From Chloroflexota bacterium (GTDB lineage Bacteria > Chloroflexota > Limnocylindria > Limnocylindrales > CSP1-4), in contig JAJYLZ010000001.1 in the NCBI GenBank assembly GCA_021787395.1, forward strand, positions 67,967 to 131,966: a stretch of DNA of 64,000 nt. The letters run 5' to 3'. Made by a program: the position numbers and the translations under genes. This document shows positions 1 to 10,590 of this stretch, one piece after another; the stretch's first letter is position 1, and each line of letters begins with the position of its first letter. The notes under the pieces are model-generated. The model did no database searches. It saw only the letters and a program-made list of their open reading frames with translations, and had not been told where the DNA came from.

Positions 1-69
1 CTGGTCATGGCCGCCTGCGCCGGGGTCGCCGCGCTGTACCTCGCGCTCGTGGAGCGGGTGCGCCGGTGA
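1..69 (+). CDS. 3' end of a small hydrophobic ORF (partial, runs off the window start)
   Basis: Frame 1 is open from base 1 to TGA 67-69 (..LVMAACAGVAALYLALVERVRR*). The stop overlaps the kdpF GTG (GTGA). No family recognised. Confidence 0.2.
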   Translation: MVMAACAGVAALYLALVERVRR

Positions 70-155
70 ACGGGCTCGACCTCCTGGCCGCCCTCGCGGC
101 GGCCTCGGTGTTCGTGTACCTCCTGTGGGCGCTGCTGCGCCCCGAGGACTTCTAG
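66..155 (+). CDS. kdpF: K+-transporting ATPase subunit F (KdpF), 29 aa
   Basis: Too short for the ORF track. GTG 66 to TAG 153-155 gives VNGLDLLAALAAASVFVYLLWALLRPEDF, one TM helix with the KdpF-typical C-terminus ..LLxPExF. It ends 1 nt before the kdpA ATG. Confidence 0.7.
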   Translation: MNGLDLLAALAAASVFVYLLWALLRPEDF

Positions 156-156
156 C

Positions 157-1868
157 ATGCCGCTCGGCGACCTCCTGACGCTGACCACCCTGTTCCTGGC
201 CGTCGTGCTGGTCACGCCCGTGCTCGGGCACTACATCTGGCTCGCGATGGAGGGCGAGCCCACGCCGCTCAGACCCGCGCTGCGGCCCGTCGAGCGCCTC
301 GTCTACCGCGTGTCCGGGGTGGACGAGACGTCCGAGATGAGCTGGAAGGGCTACACGGTGGCCGTGCTCGTGATGGCCGGCGTGGCGATCCTGGCGGGCT
401 ACGCCATGCTCCGTCTCCAAGACGTCCTCCCGCTCAACCAGGGCGGGATCCCGGCGATGTCGCCGGATCTGGCGTTCAACACCTCGGTGAGCTTCGAGAC
501 CAACACCAACTGGCAGAACTACTCGGGCGAGGCCGGCGCGACGTACCTCATCCAGACGGGCATGCTGGCGGTCCGGAACTTCACCTCCGCGGCCACCGGC
601 CTGGCCGTCGCGATCGCGCTGTTCCGCGGGCTCACCCGCCGCAGCGCGAAGACGATCGGCAACTACTGGGTGGACCTGACGCGGGGCGTCCTGTACGTCC
701 TGCTGCCGATCTCGGTCGTCGGCGCCGTCGTGCTCGTCTGGCAAGGGGTGCCGCAGACGTGGGACCCGACCAGGGCCGTCACCACGCTCCAGGGCGCGGT
801 CCAGAACATTGCCATCGGCCCCGTCGCCTCCCAGGAGTGGATCAAGGAGCTGGGCAACAACGGGGGCGGCTTCTTCAACGCCAACTCGTCGCATCCGTTC
901 GAGAACCCCACCCCGCTCACGAACTGGCTGGAGATGCTCGCCCTCCTAGCGGTGCCCTTCGCGCTGACGTTCACCTTCGGCCGGTACGCCGGCAGCCAGC
1001 GCCAGGGCTGGACGATCTTCGCCGCGATGATGCTCGTGCTGGGCGTGGGCGCCGTTTTCGCGATGCACCTCGAGGCCGCCGGCAACCCGTTGTTCCCAGC
1101 AGGCGTCGACCAGACGGTTCTCGGCAACATGGAGGGCAAGGAGGCCCGCTTCGGCGCCGGCGTCGGCGGCCTGTTCATGGCCGTCACGACCGGGACGTCC
1201 ACCGGGGCCGTCAACTCCTGGCATGACAGCGCCCAGCCGCTCTCCGGGCTCGTGCCGCTGTTCAACATGGAACTGGGCGAGGTCACACCCGGTGGCATCG
1301 GCGCCGGGATGTACGGGATGCTGATCATCGGGGCGATCCTCGCGGTTTTCATCGCCGGGCTCATGGTCGGCCGCACGCCCGAGTACCTGGGCAAGAAGGT
1401 CGAGGCGTACGAGATCAAGATGGCGATGCTCACCACCCTCGTGCTCGGGGCCAGCATCCTGGGCTTCACCGCCCTTGCCACGGCGACCGATCCGGGGCTC
1501 GCCGGGCCGCTGAACAGGGGCCCCCACGGCTTCAGCGAGATCCTCTACGCGTACTCGAGCCAGACCGGCAACAACGGCTCGGCGTTCGCCGGCCTGTCCG
1601 GCGACACGCCCTTCTACAACATCACCGGCGCGCTGGCCATGTTGATCGGCCGGTACGGGATGATCGTCCCCATCCTCGCCCTGGCGGGCTCGATGGCCGC
1701 CAAGCGGCGCGTCGCGCCCTCGCTGGGCACGTTCCCGACCACCGGCGCCCTGTGGGTCGTCCTGCTGATCGGCGTGATCGTCATCGTCGGGGCGCTGACG
1801 TTCTTCCCGGCGCTCGCGTTGGGCCCGATCTCCGAGCAGCTCCTCCAGAACGCCGGGAAGACATTCTG

Positions 1869-1869
<1 letters not shown>
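157..1869 (+). CDS. kdpA: K+-transporting ATPase subunit A (KdpA)
   Basis: 570-aa polytopic membrane ORF with four KdpA selectivity-filter-like segments ([34 protein letters not shown]). First large gene of the kdpFABC order. Confidence 0.95.
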
Positions 1870-4046
<2,177 letters not shown>

Positions 4047-4055
4047 GTAAACTCC

Positions 4056-4667
4056 ATGCGCTCGTTCCTCCGGCACGTCCTCCTCCCGGCCGTCATGCTG
4101 CTCGTCGTGCTCACCCTGATCACCGGTGCCGCGTACCCGGCGCTGGTCACGGCCGTCGCGCAGATCGCCTTCAACCGCCAGGCCAACGGCTCCATGGTCA
4201 TCGTCAACGGGCAGGCCGTGGGCTCGAGCCTGATCGGCCAGGCCTTCTCCGACCCGAAGTACTTCTGGGGTCGCCCCTCGGCCGCCGGCAGGGACGGCTA
4301 CGATGCGGGCGACTCCGGGGGCACGAACCTCGGCCCCACCAGCGCGCAGCTGATCGCGAACGTGACCGCGGCCGTGGAGGCGGCGCAGAAGGCGAACGGA
4401 GGCGGGCCGGTGCCCGTGGACCTGGTGACCTCGTCGGCCTCGGGCCTCGACCCCGACATCAGCCCGGCCGCCGCCGAGTACCAGGTCGCCCGGGTGGCCG
4501 CTGCGCGGGGCATCACGCGCGACGCGGTCCGCGCCGCCGTCGCCCGCCACACCGAGCAGCCGCTGCTGGGCTTCCTCGGCGAGCCGCGCGTCAACGTGCT
4601 GGAGCTGAACCTGGACCTCGACGGGCTGCTGTCCCCCGGCGCCGGCACGCCGGGCGCGTCCGGCTGA
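4056..4667 (+). CDS. kdpC: K+-transporting ATPase subunit C (KdpC)
   Basis: 203 aa with an N-terminal TM helix, then KdpC-like ..GSSLIGQ.F....YFWGRPSA..., ..SGLDP.ISP..A..Q..RVA. Sits 9 nt after kdpB. Confidence 0.92.
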   Translation: MRSFLRHVLLPAVMLLVVLTLITGAAYPALVTAVAQIAFNRQANGSMVIVNGQAVGSSLIGQAFSDPKYFWGRPSAAGRDGYDAGDSGGTNLGPTSAQLIANVTAAVEAAQKANGGGPVPVDLVTSSASGLDPDISPAAAEYQVARVAAARGITRDAVRAAVARHTEQPLLGFLGEPRVNVLELNLDLDGLLSPGAGTPGASG

Positions 4668-4676
4668 GGCGGGGCG

Positions 4677-5828
4677 ATGCGCGATCCCGAGCGCGACGCG
4701 CTGGACGTCCGGCCCGACCCGGACGAACTGCTGGCGCGCCTGCAGGCCGATCGCCAGGGCGGGCGCGGCCGCCTGCGCGTGTACCTGGGCATGGCGCCCG
4801 GCGTCGGCAAGACGTACCGGATGCTCGAGGAGGGCCACCGGCGGATCGTCCGCGGCACTGACCTTGTGGTCGGGTTCGCCGAGTGCCACGGCCGGCCGAA
4901 CACCGTCAGGCTGCTCGACGGCCTGGAGCAGGTGCCGCGGCTCACCGTCGACTACCGCGGCGTCACGCTCGAGGAGATGGACTCGGACGCCGTGGTCGCC
5001 CGCCGCCCCACCGTCGCCCTCGTGGACGAGCTGGCCCACACCAACATCCCGGGCTCGCAGCGCGAGAAGCGATGGCAGGACGTCGAGGCGATCCGCGAGG
5101 CGGGCATCCACGTCGTCACGACGCTCAACATCCAGCACCTCGAGAGCGTCGCCGACGCCGTGGCGACGATCACCGGCGCGCCCGTCAACGAGCGGCTCCC
5201 CGACGACGTGCTGCGCGACGCCGACGAGATCGAGCTCGTGGACATGAGCCCGCACGCGCTCCGCCAGCGGATGCGGCACGGGAACGTCTACCCGCCCGAG
5301 CGCACGGCGGTCGCCCTCGACCGGTTCTTCACCGAGCCGAACCTGACCGCGCTGCGCGAGCTCGCGCTGCGGATCGCCGCCGAGCGGGTGGAGGGCCAGC
5401 TCGAGGTGACCGGCGGCGCGCCCCTCCCGCTGGTCACCGAGCGCGTGCTGGTCCTGGTGGACGAGAGCCGGGCTGCGCCGCGGGCCGTGCGTCGCGCGGC
5501 AAGACTGGCGTCGCTGCTCCACGGCGCGCTGATCGCGCTGGTGGTGGACAGCCCGGCGGCGGCCCGCCTGCCCTTCGACCGCCAGCGCGACCTCCAGCAG
5601 GCGCTCGACGACGCGGTGGACCTGGGAGCGGACGTGGTCCGGGTGGAGGCCGACGGCGCGGCGGCCGGCCTCGCCCAGGTCGTGCGCACCCGGCGGCCGA
5701 CGCACGTCGTCCTCCCGAACGAGCCGGCGAGCGGCCTCGAGCGGCTCCGGCACGGGACACTCGCCGAGCAGCTGCTGCGGCTGGACCCCGAGGTCGAGGT
5801 TCACGTCGTGGACGTGCGCCAGGGTTGA
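4677..5828 (+). CDS. Stand-alone KdpD N-terminal sensor domain + USP-like domain protein (no TM or kinase part)
   Basis: 383 aa. KdpD_N hallmarks are RVYLGMAPGVGKTYRML (Walker A), VALVDELAHTN, TTLNIQHLES and ITGAPVNERLPD, followed by a USP-like alpha/beta region. The ORF ends at TGA 5826-5828 with no DUF4118, HisKA or HATPase region. Confidence 0.88.
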   Translation: MRDPERDALDVRPDPDELLARLQADRQGGRGRLRVYLGMAPGVGKTYRMLEEGHRRIVRGTDLVVGFAECHGRPNTVRLLDGLEQVPRLTVDYRGVTLEEMDSDAVVARRPTVALVDELAHTNIPGSQREKRWQDVEAIREAGIHVVTTLNIQHLESVADAVATITGAPVNERLPDDVLRDADEIELVDMSPHALRQRMRHGNVYPPERTAVALDRFFTEPNLTALRELALRIAAERVEGQLEVTGGAPLPLVTERVLVLVDESRAAPRAVRRAARLASLLHGALIALVVDSPAAARLPFDRQRDLQQALDDAVDLGADVVRVEADGAAAGLAQVVRTRRPTHVVLPNEPASGLERLRHGTLAEQLLRLDPEVEVHVVDVRQG

Positions 5829-6075
5829 GCTGGGCCGGTGCGGAGCCGGATGTTGAGGCGTTGTTGAGCGGTTCGGCAGTCTGGCCGACCGGCTGAGCGT
5901 GAGGCGCGGCATAGGCTGGAGGTGCGAGCAGGACCCGCGCCCGCGTGCCCGCCCGCGATGACGTCAAACGCCCGCAGAACGGCGTCGGAGCCCTCCTTGC
6001 ACGGCCCATCACAACCCACTCGAGACCGGTCCGGCGGGCTGCCGGCCCCCACCCCGCCCGGGACGGGACCCCGCC

Positions 6076-8094
6076 GTGGCTGAGGCGTCCCCCGAGCGGA
6101 CCCGGCCGAGCGGCCCGTCCCGCATCCCCCGCTCGGGACGCAAGCCCGGCGACCGCCGCGTCCAGGTGGACCGGCCCGAGGCCCGCTACTTCCGCTACGG
6201 CGACCAGGGCACGATCGTCGCCAAGGTCGCCGCGATCGAGCCCGAGTCGCGGGTCGGCCGAGCCGGCTTCGGCGCCCGTCGCCTGCTGTTCGGCCGCGTC
6301 CTGTCCACCCACGAGGAGCTGGAGCAGCGCCTGCCCAAGTGGAAGGCGCTGCCGATCTTCTCGTCGGACGTGATGAGCTCGGTCGCCTACGCCACCGAGG
6401 CGATCCTGTTCACGCTGGCGATCGCAGGCTCGGCCGCGTTCGGCTACATGATCCCGATCTCGTTCCTGATCGTCGGGCTGCTGATCCTGGTCACCTTCAG
6501 CTACCGCCAGACGATCCGCGCCTATCCGAACGGCGGCGGCAGCTACATCGTCGCCCACGCCAACCTGGGCACGCTCGCCGGCCTTGTGGCCGCGGCCTCG
6601 CTGCTCGTTGACTACGTGCTCACGGTGGCCGTGTCGGTGTCGTCGGGCATCTACAACCTTGCTGCGGCGCTGCCGATCCTCGTGGGCCACGAGGTGCCGC
6701 TGATGGTCGGCAGCATCCTGCTCGTGATGGTCGTAAACCTGCGCGGGCTCAAGGAGAGCGGCAGCATCTTCGCGGCGCCCACGTACATCTTCCTGGGCTC
6801 CATGCTGCTGATGATCGGCCTCGGCATCGTGCGCACTGCCCTGGGCCAGCACCTCCAGGCGCCGGCCACCCAGCCGTTCGCGCCGCCGATCGAGGGGATG
6901 AGCCTGCTGATCCTGATGCGGGCGTTCGCGGACGGCTGCTCCGCGATGACGGGCACCGAGGCGGTGGCCAACGGCGTGCCCGCGTTCAAGCCGCCGGAAT
7001 GGAAGAACGCCCAGATGACGATGGTCGTCATGGCGAGCCTGCTCGGCACGATGTTCCTGGGCATGGGCTGGCTCGCCGGCGTGACCGGTGCCGTCCCCAG
7101 CGCGTCGGGCGACTCAATCCTCTCCCAGATCGCCCAGGCGGTCTTCTACGGGCGGTCGCCGCTCTACTACATCCTGATGTTCGCCACGATGGGCATCCTG
7201 ATCCTGGCGGCCCAGACGAGCTTCGCCGACTTCCCTCGGCTCTCGTCGATCCTTGCCCGCGACGGGTTCTTCCCGCGCAACTTCGCCTTCCGCGGCGAGC
7301 GGCTGGCGTTCAACTCCGGGATCATCGCCCTGGCGACCGTCTCGATCCTGCTGGTCGTGGTGTTCGGCGGCGACGTCAACCGTCTGATCCCGCTCTATGC
7401 CATCGGCGTGTTCACGTCGTTCACCCTGAGCCAGTCCGGCATGGTCCGACACTGGTGGACCGAGCGCGGCCCGGGATGGCGCAAGAGCGCCGCGATCAAC
7501 GGCGTGGGGGCAGTGGTCACCGCGATCGTCGTGGTCATCTTCGCGATCGCCAAGTTCGCGCTCGGGGCGTGGATCGTCCTGATCATCGTGCCATTGCTCG
7601 TGGTGCTGATGCTGTTCATCGGCCACGAGTACCGGGGCACGCTCGTCGAGCTCCACGTCCGCCCCGAGGCGGTCATCGGCCCGCCGAGCCGCGGCCAGCG
7701 CGTCATCATCCCGATGCAGGACATGCGGCGCGACGCAATCCAGGCGATCAAGCTGGGCCTCACGATGTCCAAGACCGTGGTCGCGGTCCACGTCACCGAC
7801 GACCTCGCCGCGGCGGAGGCGTTCCGGGCCAGGTTCGAGGCGCAGGTCCGCGGCGTGGACCTGGTGATCGTGGAGTCCCCGTACCGCGAGTTCGTCCGGC
7901 CGCTGATCCGCTATCTCGAGCTCACGGCCGAAAAGGACCCGTCGGTGGTGACGATCGTCCTCATCCCAGAACGGATCATCAACCACTGGTGGGAGCGGTT
8001 CCTGTACAACCAGACCGCCTACCGCCTGCGCGACGCGCTCACCGGCCATCCGGGCATCATCGTCGCGGACGTGCCGTTCCGGCGGCCGCGCTAG
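6076..8094 (+). CDS. APC-superfamily K+ transporter, KimA (YdaO)-like, with C-terminal cytoplasmic domain
   Basis: 672 aa. As I recall B. subtilis KimA, the two align along the whole length: ..KALPIFSSDVMSSVAYATE.., SYRQTIRAYPNGGGSYIV, LLVDYVLTVAVSVSSG, VNLRGLKESG, AFADGCSAMTGTEAVANGVPAFK, FPRLSSILARDGFFPR.F.FRGERLAF.NGII, IPLYAIGVF.SFTLSQSGM. A soluble C-terminal domain follows (VIIPM...VVAVHV...SPYR..V.P...YL). Start uncertain: GTG 6076, or GTG 6166. Confidence 0.7.
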   Translation: MAEASPERTRPSGPSRIPRSGRKPGDRRVQVDRPEARYFRYGDQGTIVAKVAAIEPESRVGRAGFGARRLLFGRVLSTHEELEQRLPKWKALPIFSSDVMSSVAYATEAILFTLAIAGSAAFGYMIPISFLIVGLLILVTFSYRQTIRAYPNGGGSYIVAHANLGTLAGLVAAASLLVDYVLTVAVSVSSGIYNLAAALPILVGHEVPLMVGSILLVMVVNLRGLKESGSIFAAPTYIFLGSMLLMIGLGIVRTALGQHLQAPATQPFAPPIEGMSLLILMRAFADGCSAMTGTEAVANGVPAFKPPEWKNAQMTMVVMASLLGTMFLGMGWLAGVTGAVPSASGDSILSQIAQAVFYGRSPLYYILMFATMGILILAAQTSFADFPRLSSILARDGFFPRNFAFRGERLAFNSGIIALATVSILLVVVFGGDVNRLIPLYAIGVFTSFTLSQSGMVRHWWTERGPGWRKSAAINGVGAVVTAIVVVIFAIAKFALGAWIVLIIVPLLVVLMLFIGHEYRGTLVELHVRPEAVIGPPSRGQRVIIPMQDMRRDAIQAIKLGLTMSKTVVAVHVTDDLAAAEAFRARFEAQVRGVDLVIVESPYREFVRPLIRYLELTAEKDPSVVTIVLIPERIINHWWERFLYNQTAYRLRDALTGHPGIIVADVPFRRPR

Positions 8095-8116
8095 AGCCGG
8101 CGGCGGGAGCGGACCC

Positions 8117-8368
8117 ATGGACCCTGTGACCGAGATCGCCGTTGAGGCGGAGATTGACCGCGAACTGCGGCTGGTGGACATGGCGATCGCTCTGGTCCGC
8201 GCCGGTGCCGCCGTTCGGGTGACCTTGGCCAATCTCCGGCTCGGCGCTGCCGTGCTGGAGGCCGCTCGGGCGCGAGCCGGGCTGTATCGGCTCCGGGTGA
8301 CCGCGGACTGGACGCCCGGCGACAGCTGCTGCGCCCTCGTCGTGGACCGGGCGGCCACCGATGGCTGA
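8117..8368 (+). CDS. Hypothetical soluble protein, 83 aa, no family recognised
   Basis: ATG is preceded by GGGAG, 23 nt after the KimA-like stop. Its stop overlaps the next ATG (ATGGCTGA). Third-position GC is somewhat lower than in the neighbours but codon use is coding-like. Confidence 0.45.
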   Translation: MDPVTEIAVEAEIDRELRLVDMAIALVRAGAAVRVTLANLRLGAAVLEAARARAGLYRLRVTADWTPGDSCCALVVDRAATDG

Positions 8369-8741
8369 CGGCCCGGTCCTGCTGGTCGAGGACGAGGAGG
8401 TGCTGCGCGGGGCCCTCGCCGACGCCCTCCGGAGGCGCGGCATCAAGACGGTCGAGTCCGGGTCTGCCGAGGACGCTGCGGATCGGCTGGCCAACGGCCT
8501 GCGACCCGGTCTCGTATTCCTGGACGTGAATCTTCCGGGAGCCAGCGGGTGGGACCTGCTGCGCACCGCCCTGGCGCCGGCGGCCGGCCGCCCGCCGGTC
8601 GTGCTGCTGACCGCCATCTCGGTGGACGCTGCCCGCCTGCACGAGTTCGCCGTGGACGGCTACCTGCCCAAGCCGTTCGCCCTTGCGACCTTCCTGGCCA
8701 CGGCAGGCCGGCTCCTCTCCTCCCCGCGAGGGCGAGCCTGA
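8361..8741 (+). CDS. Single-domain response regulator (receiver/CheY-like only)
   Basis: 126 aa. Receiver signature is LLVEDEE (acidic pocket), VFLDVNLPGASG (phospho-Asp), LLTAIS and YLPKPF (Lys). No output domain. Confidence 0.88.
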   Translation: MADGPVLLVEDEEVLRGALADALRRRGIKTVESGSAEDAADRLANGLRPGLVFLDVNLPGASGWDLLRTALAPAAGRPPVVLLTAISVDAARLHEFAVDGYLPKPFALATFLATAGRLLSSPRGRA

Positions 8742-9832
8742 TGGACGCGGTCGCCGTCCGGGGCAGCCTGCGCGTCTACGCGGGCATGTGCGAGGGAGCG
8801 GGGACGACGCACCGCATGCTCGAGGAGGGCACGCGACTCCGCGCGGCCGGTCGCGATGTGGTGCTCGCGGTCCTCGGCGACGAGCCCAGCCCGGCGATCG
8901 CGCGGCTGGCCAGCGGGCTGAAGCGGGTGGCCCCGGTCTCGGTGGCGTATCGCGGCGTGACCGTCGAGGCCCTTGACGCGGACGCGGTCGTGGCCAGGCG
9001 GCCCGAGGTGGCGCTCGTCGACGAGCTGTGGCGGGAGGCCCCGCCGGGACTGCAGCCCGCCACCCGCTGGGCCGCCGCGGAGCTCGTGCGCGACGCAGGC
9101 ATCGACGTGGTCGCCACAGTCGACCTCGGGCATCTCGCCTCGCAGGCCGACGCCGTCCAGACGATCACCGGGGTGCCGGTCCGCGAGCGGCTGCCCGATT
9201 CCGTGCTCGACGGCGCCGACGAGGTGGAGCTGGTCGACGTGAGCCCTAGCACGCTGCGCGCTCGCATCGCCGACGGCCTGGTGGTGCCCCCCGACCGCGC
9301 CAGGCGCCTGCTCGACAGCGTGTACACGACCGCGAATCTCGCCACCCTCCGCGACCTGTCCCTGCGCTGGCTGGCTCGGCGGATCGAGTCCGAGGTCGGT
9401 GCCCCGCTCGGCATGGGCGAGCGTGCGCCCGGCGCGGCGGTGATCGTCGTCGTCGACGGCGGGCAGGGCACCCGCGATGCGATCCGCCGTGCCGCCGCGC
9501 TGTCGGCGGCGCTGAGGCTCCGGCTGGTGGCCGTCACCGCCGACGAACGCGCGCCGCGGGCAGACGCCTGGCCGCTCGATGCCGGCGCGGCGGCTGAAGA
9601 CCTCAATCTGGCGCGCGACCTCGGCGCCGAGATCTTGCCGGTCGCCGCCGCGGATGCAGCTGGCGCGGTCGCCGCCGCCGCGCAGCGCCTCGGCGCCGGC
9701 CTAGTCGTGCTCGCTCCCCGCGCGCCCTCGCTGGGCGACCGCCTGCGCGGCCGGACGCTCCTCGAGCGGATCATGGCGGCGCGGCCGGGGCTCGAGGTGC
9801 ACCTGGTGCCGGTCAGGGACACATCGGGGTAG
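8741..9832 (+). CDS. Degenerate KdpD N-terminal/USP-like paralogue (Walker A lysine lost)
   Basis: 363 aa from ATG 8741, overlapping the receiver TGA by 1 nt. Collinear with the 4677-5828 protein (RVYAGM.., YRGVTVE..DAVVARRP.VALVDEL, ITGVPVRERLPDSVL.GADEVELVD.SP..LRARI). The nucleotide-binding motifs are degenerate: GMCEGAGTTH instead of GMAPGVGKTY, no AHTN, and DLGHLAS instead of NIQHLES. Confidence 0.75.
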   Translation: MDAVAVRGSLRVYAGMCEGAGTTHRMLEEGTRLRAAGRDVVLAVLGDEPSPAIARLASGLKRVAPVSVAYRGVTVEALDADAVVARRPEVALVDELWREAPPGLQPATRWAAAELVRDAGIDVVATVDLGHLASQADAVQTITGVPVRERLPDSVLDGADEVELVDVSPSTLRARIADGLVVPPDRARRLLDSVYTTANLATLRDLSLRWLARRIESEVGAPLGMGERAPGAAVIVVVDGGQGTRDAIRRAAALSAALRLRLVAVTADERAPRADAWPLDAGAAAEDLNLARDLGAEILPVAAADAAGAVAAAAQRLGAGLVVLAPRAPSLGDRLRGRTLLERIMAARPGLEVHLVPVRDTSG

Positions 9833-9882
9833 CGGGCGCGTCTGACGGGTGCGGCGCGCCTGACGGGGCGTCGCGGGACCGC

Positions 9883-10590
9883 TCAGTCGGACGGCGGTTC
9901 GCGCACCCGGTAGCCGACGCCGGGCTCGGCCGAGACCAGGTCCCGGGCGTCCCCGCCGGGGTCGGCCGCGGCCAGCTTGCGGCGAAGCCGCGACACGTAC
10001 ACGTGGAGGTAGTGGCCCTCGTCGCTGTAGGCGGTGCCCCAGACGGCACGGAGCAGGCGGCCGCGGGTCAGCACCCGCCCCGGGGCGGCGAGCATCTGCT
10101 TGAGCAGCTCGTACTCGCGCGGGGTCAGGTCCAGCTCCCGGCCCCCGACGGCCACGACCCGCCGGGAGGTGTCGAGGGCGATCGAACCGTTTCGCAGCAC
10201 GCCCGACGGCTCGACCCCGGCACCGCCCGCCCGGCGGAGCAGGGCCGCGACCCGGGCGCGCAGCTCGCCGATCCCGTACGGCTTGGTGACGTAGTCGTCG
10301 GCGCCCGCCTCCAGCGCCTCGATCTTGTCGGCCTCGCGGCCGCGGGCGGACAGCACCAGGATCGGCGTGGCGGACTCGCGCCGGACCCGGCGGATAACCG
10401 CCAGCCCGTCGAGGTCCGGCAGCCCCAGGTCGAGCACGATCAGGTCGGGCCGGGCGGCGTCCCATGAGCGCAGGGCGCCAGCAGCGTCCCCCGTCTCGGC
10501 CACGACATAGCCGTGGCCCGCGAGGTTCTGCGCCACGGCGGTGCGTGCGACGGCGTCGTCCTCGACCAGCAGCAGGTGGGCGCCGCTCAC
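9883..10590 (-). CDS. kdpE: OmpR-family response regulator KdpE
   Basis: 235 aa with a receiver (LLVEDD.., LIVLDLGLPDLDG, KPY) plus a winged-helix output (LTPREYELL..., YLHVYVSRLRRKL). Its GTG start overlaps the upstream kinase stop (GTGA). Confidence 0.9.
   Translation of the reverse strand: MSGAHLLLVEDDAVARTAVAQNLAGHGYVVAETGDAAGALRSWDAARPDLIVLDLGLPDLDGLAVIRRVRRESATPILVLSARGREADKIEALEAGADDYVTKPYGIGELRARVAALLRRAGGAGVEPSGVLRNGSIALDTSRRVVAVGGRELDLTPREYELLKQMLAAPGRVLTRGRLLRAVWGTAYSDEGHYLHVYVSRLRRKLAAADPGGDARDLVSAEPGVGYRVREPPSD

Noticed and set aside
5829-6075. Possible ydaO-type c-di-AMP riboswitch upstream of the KimA-like gene
   Set aside because: I read the region on the plus strand for the conserved riboswitch segments as I recall them (GGGGACCCA-like, GGGGUGAAUC-like, CCGAAxCC, GUCAGCUAACCUCGUAAGCG-like). 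None is present. Only a covariance-model scan could overturn this.
9833-9882. Direct repeat GGCGCG(T/C)CTGACGGG(T/G)GC between the convergent KdpD_N paralogue and kdpE genes
   Set aside because: It is short, with only two copies, and can form only a weak 6-bp stem. It is most simply a poor bidirectional terminator region, with not enough signal to call a feature.
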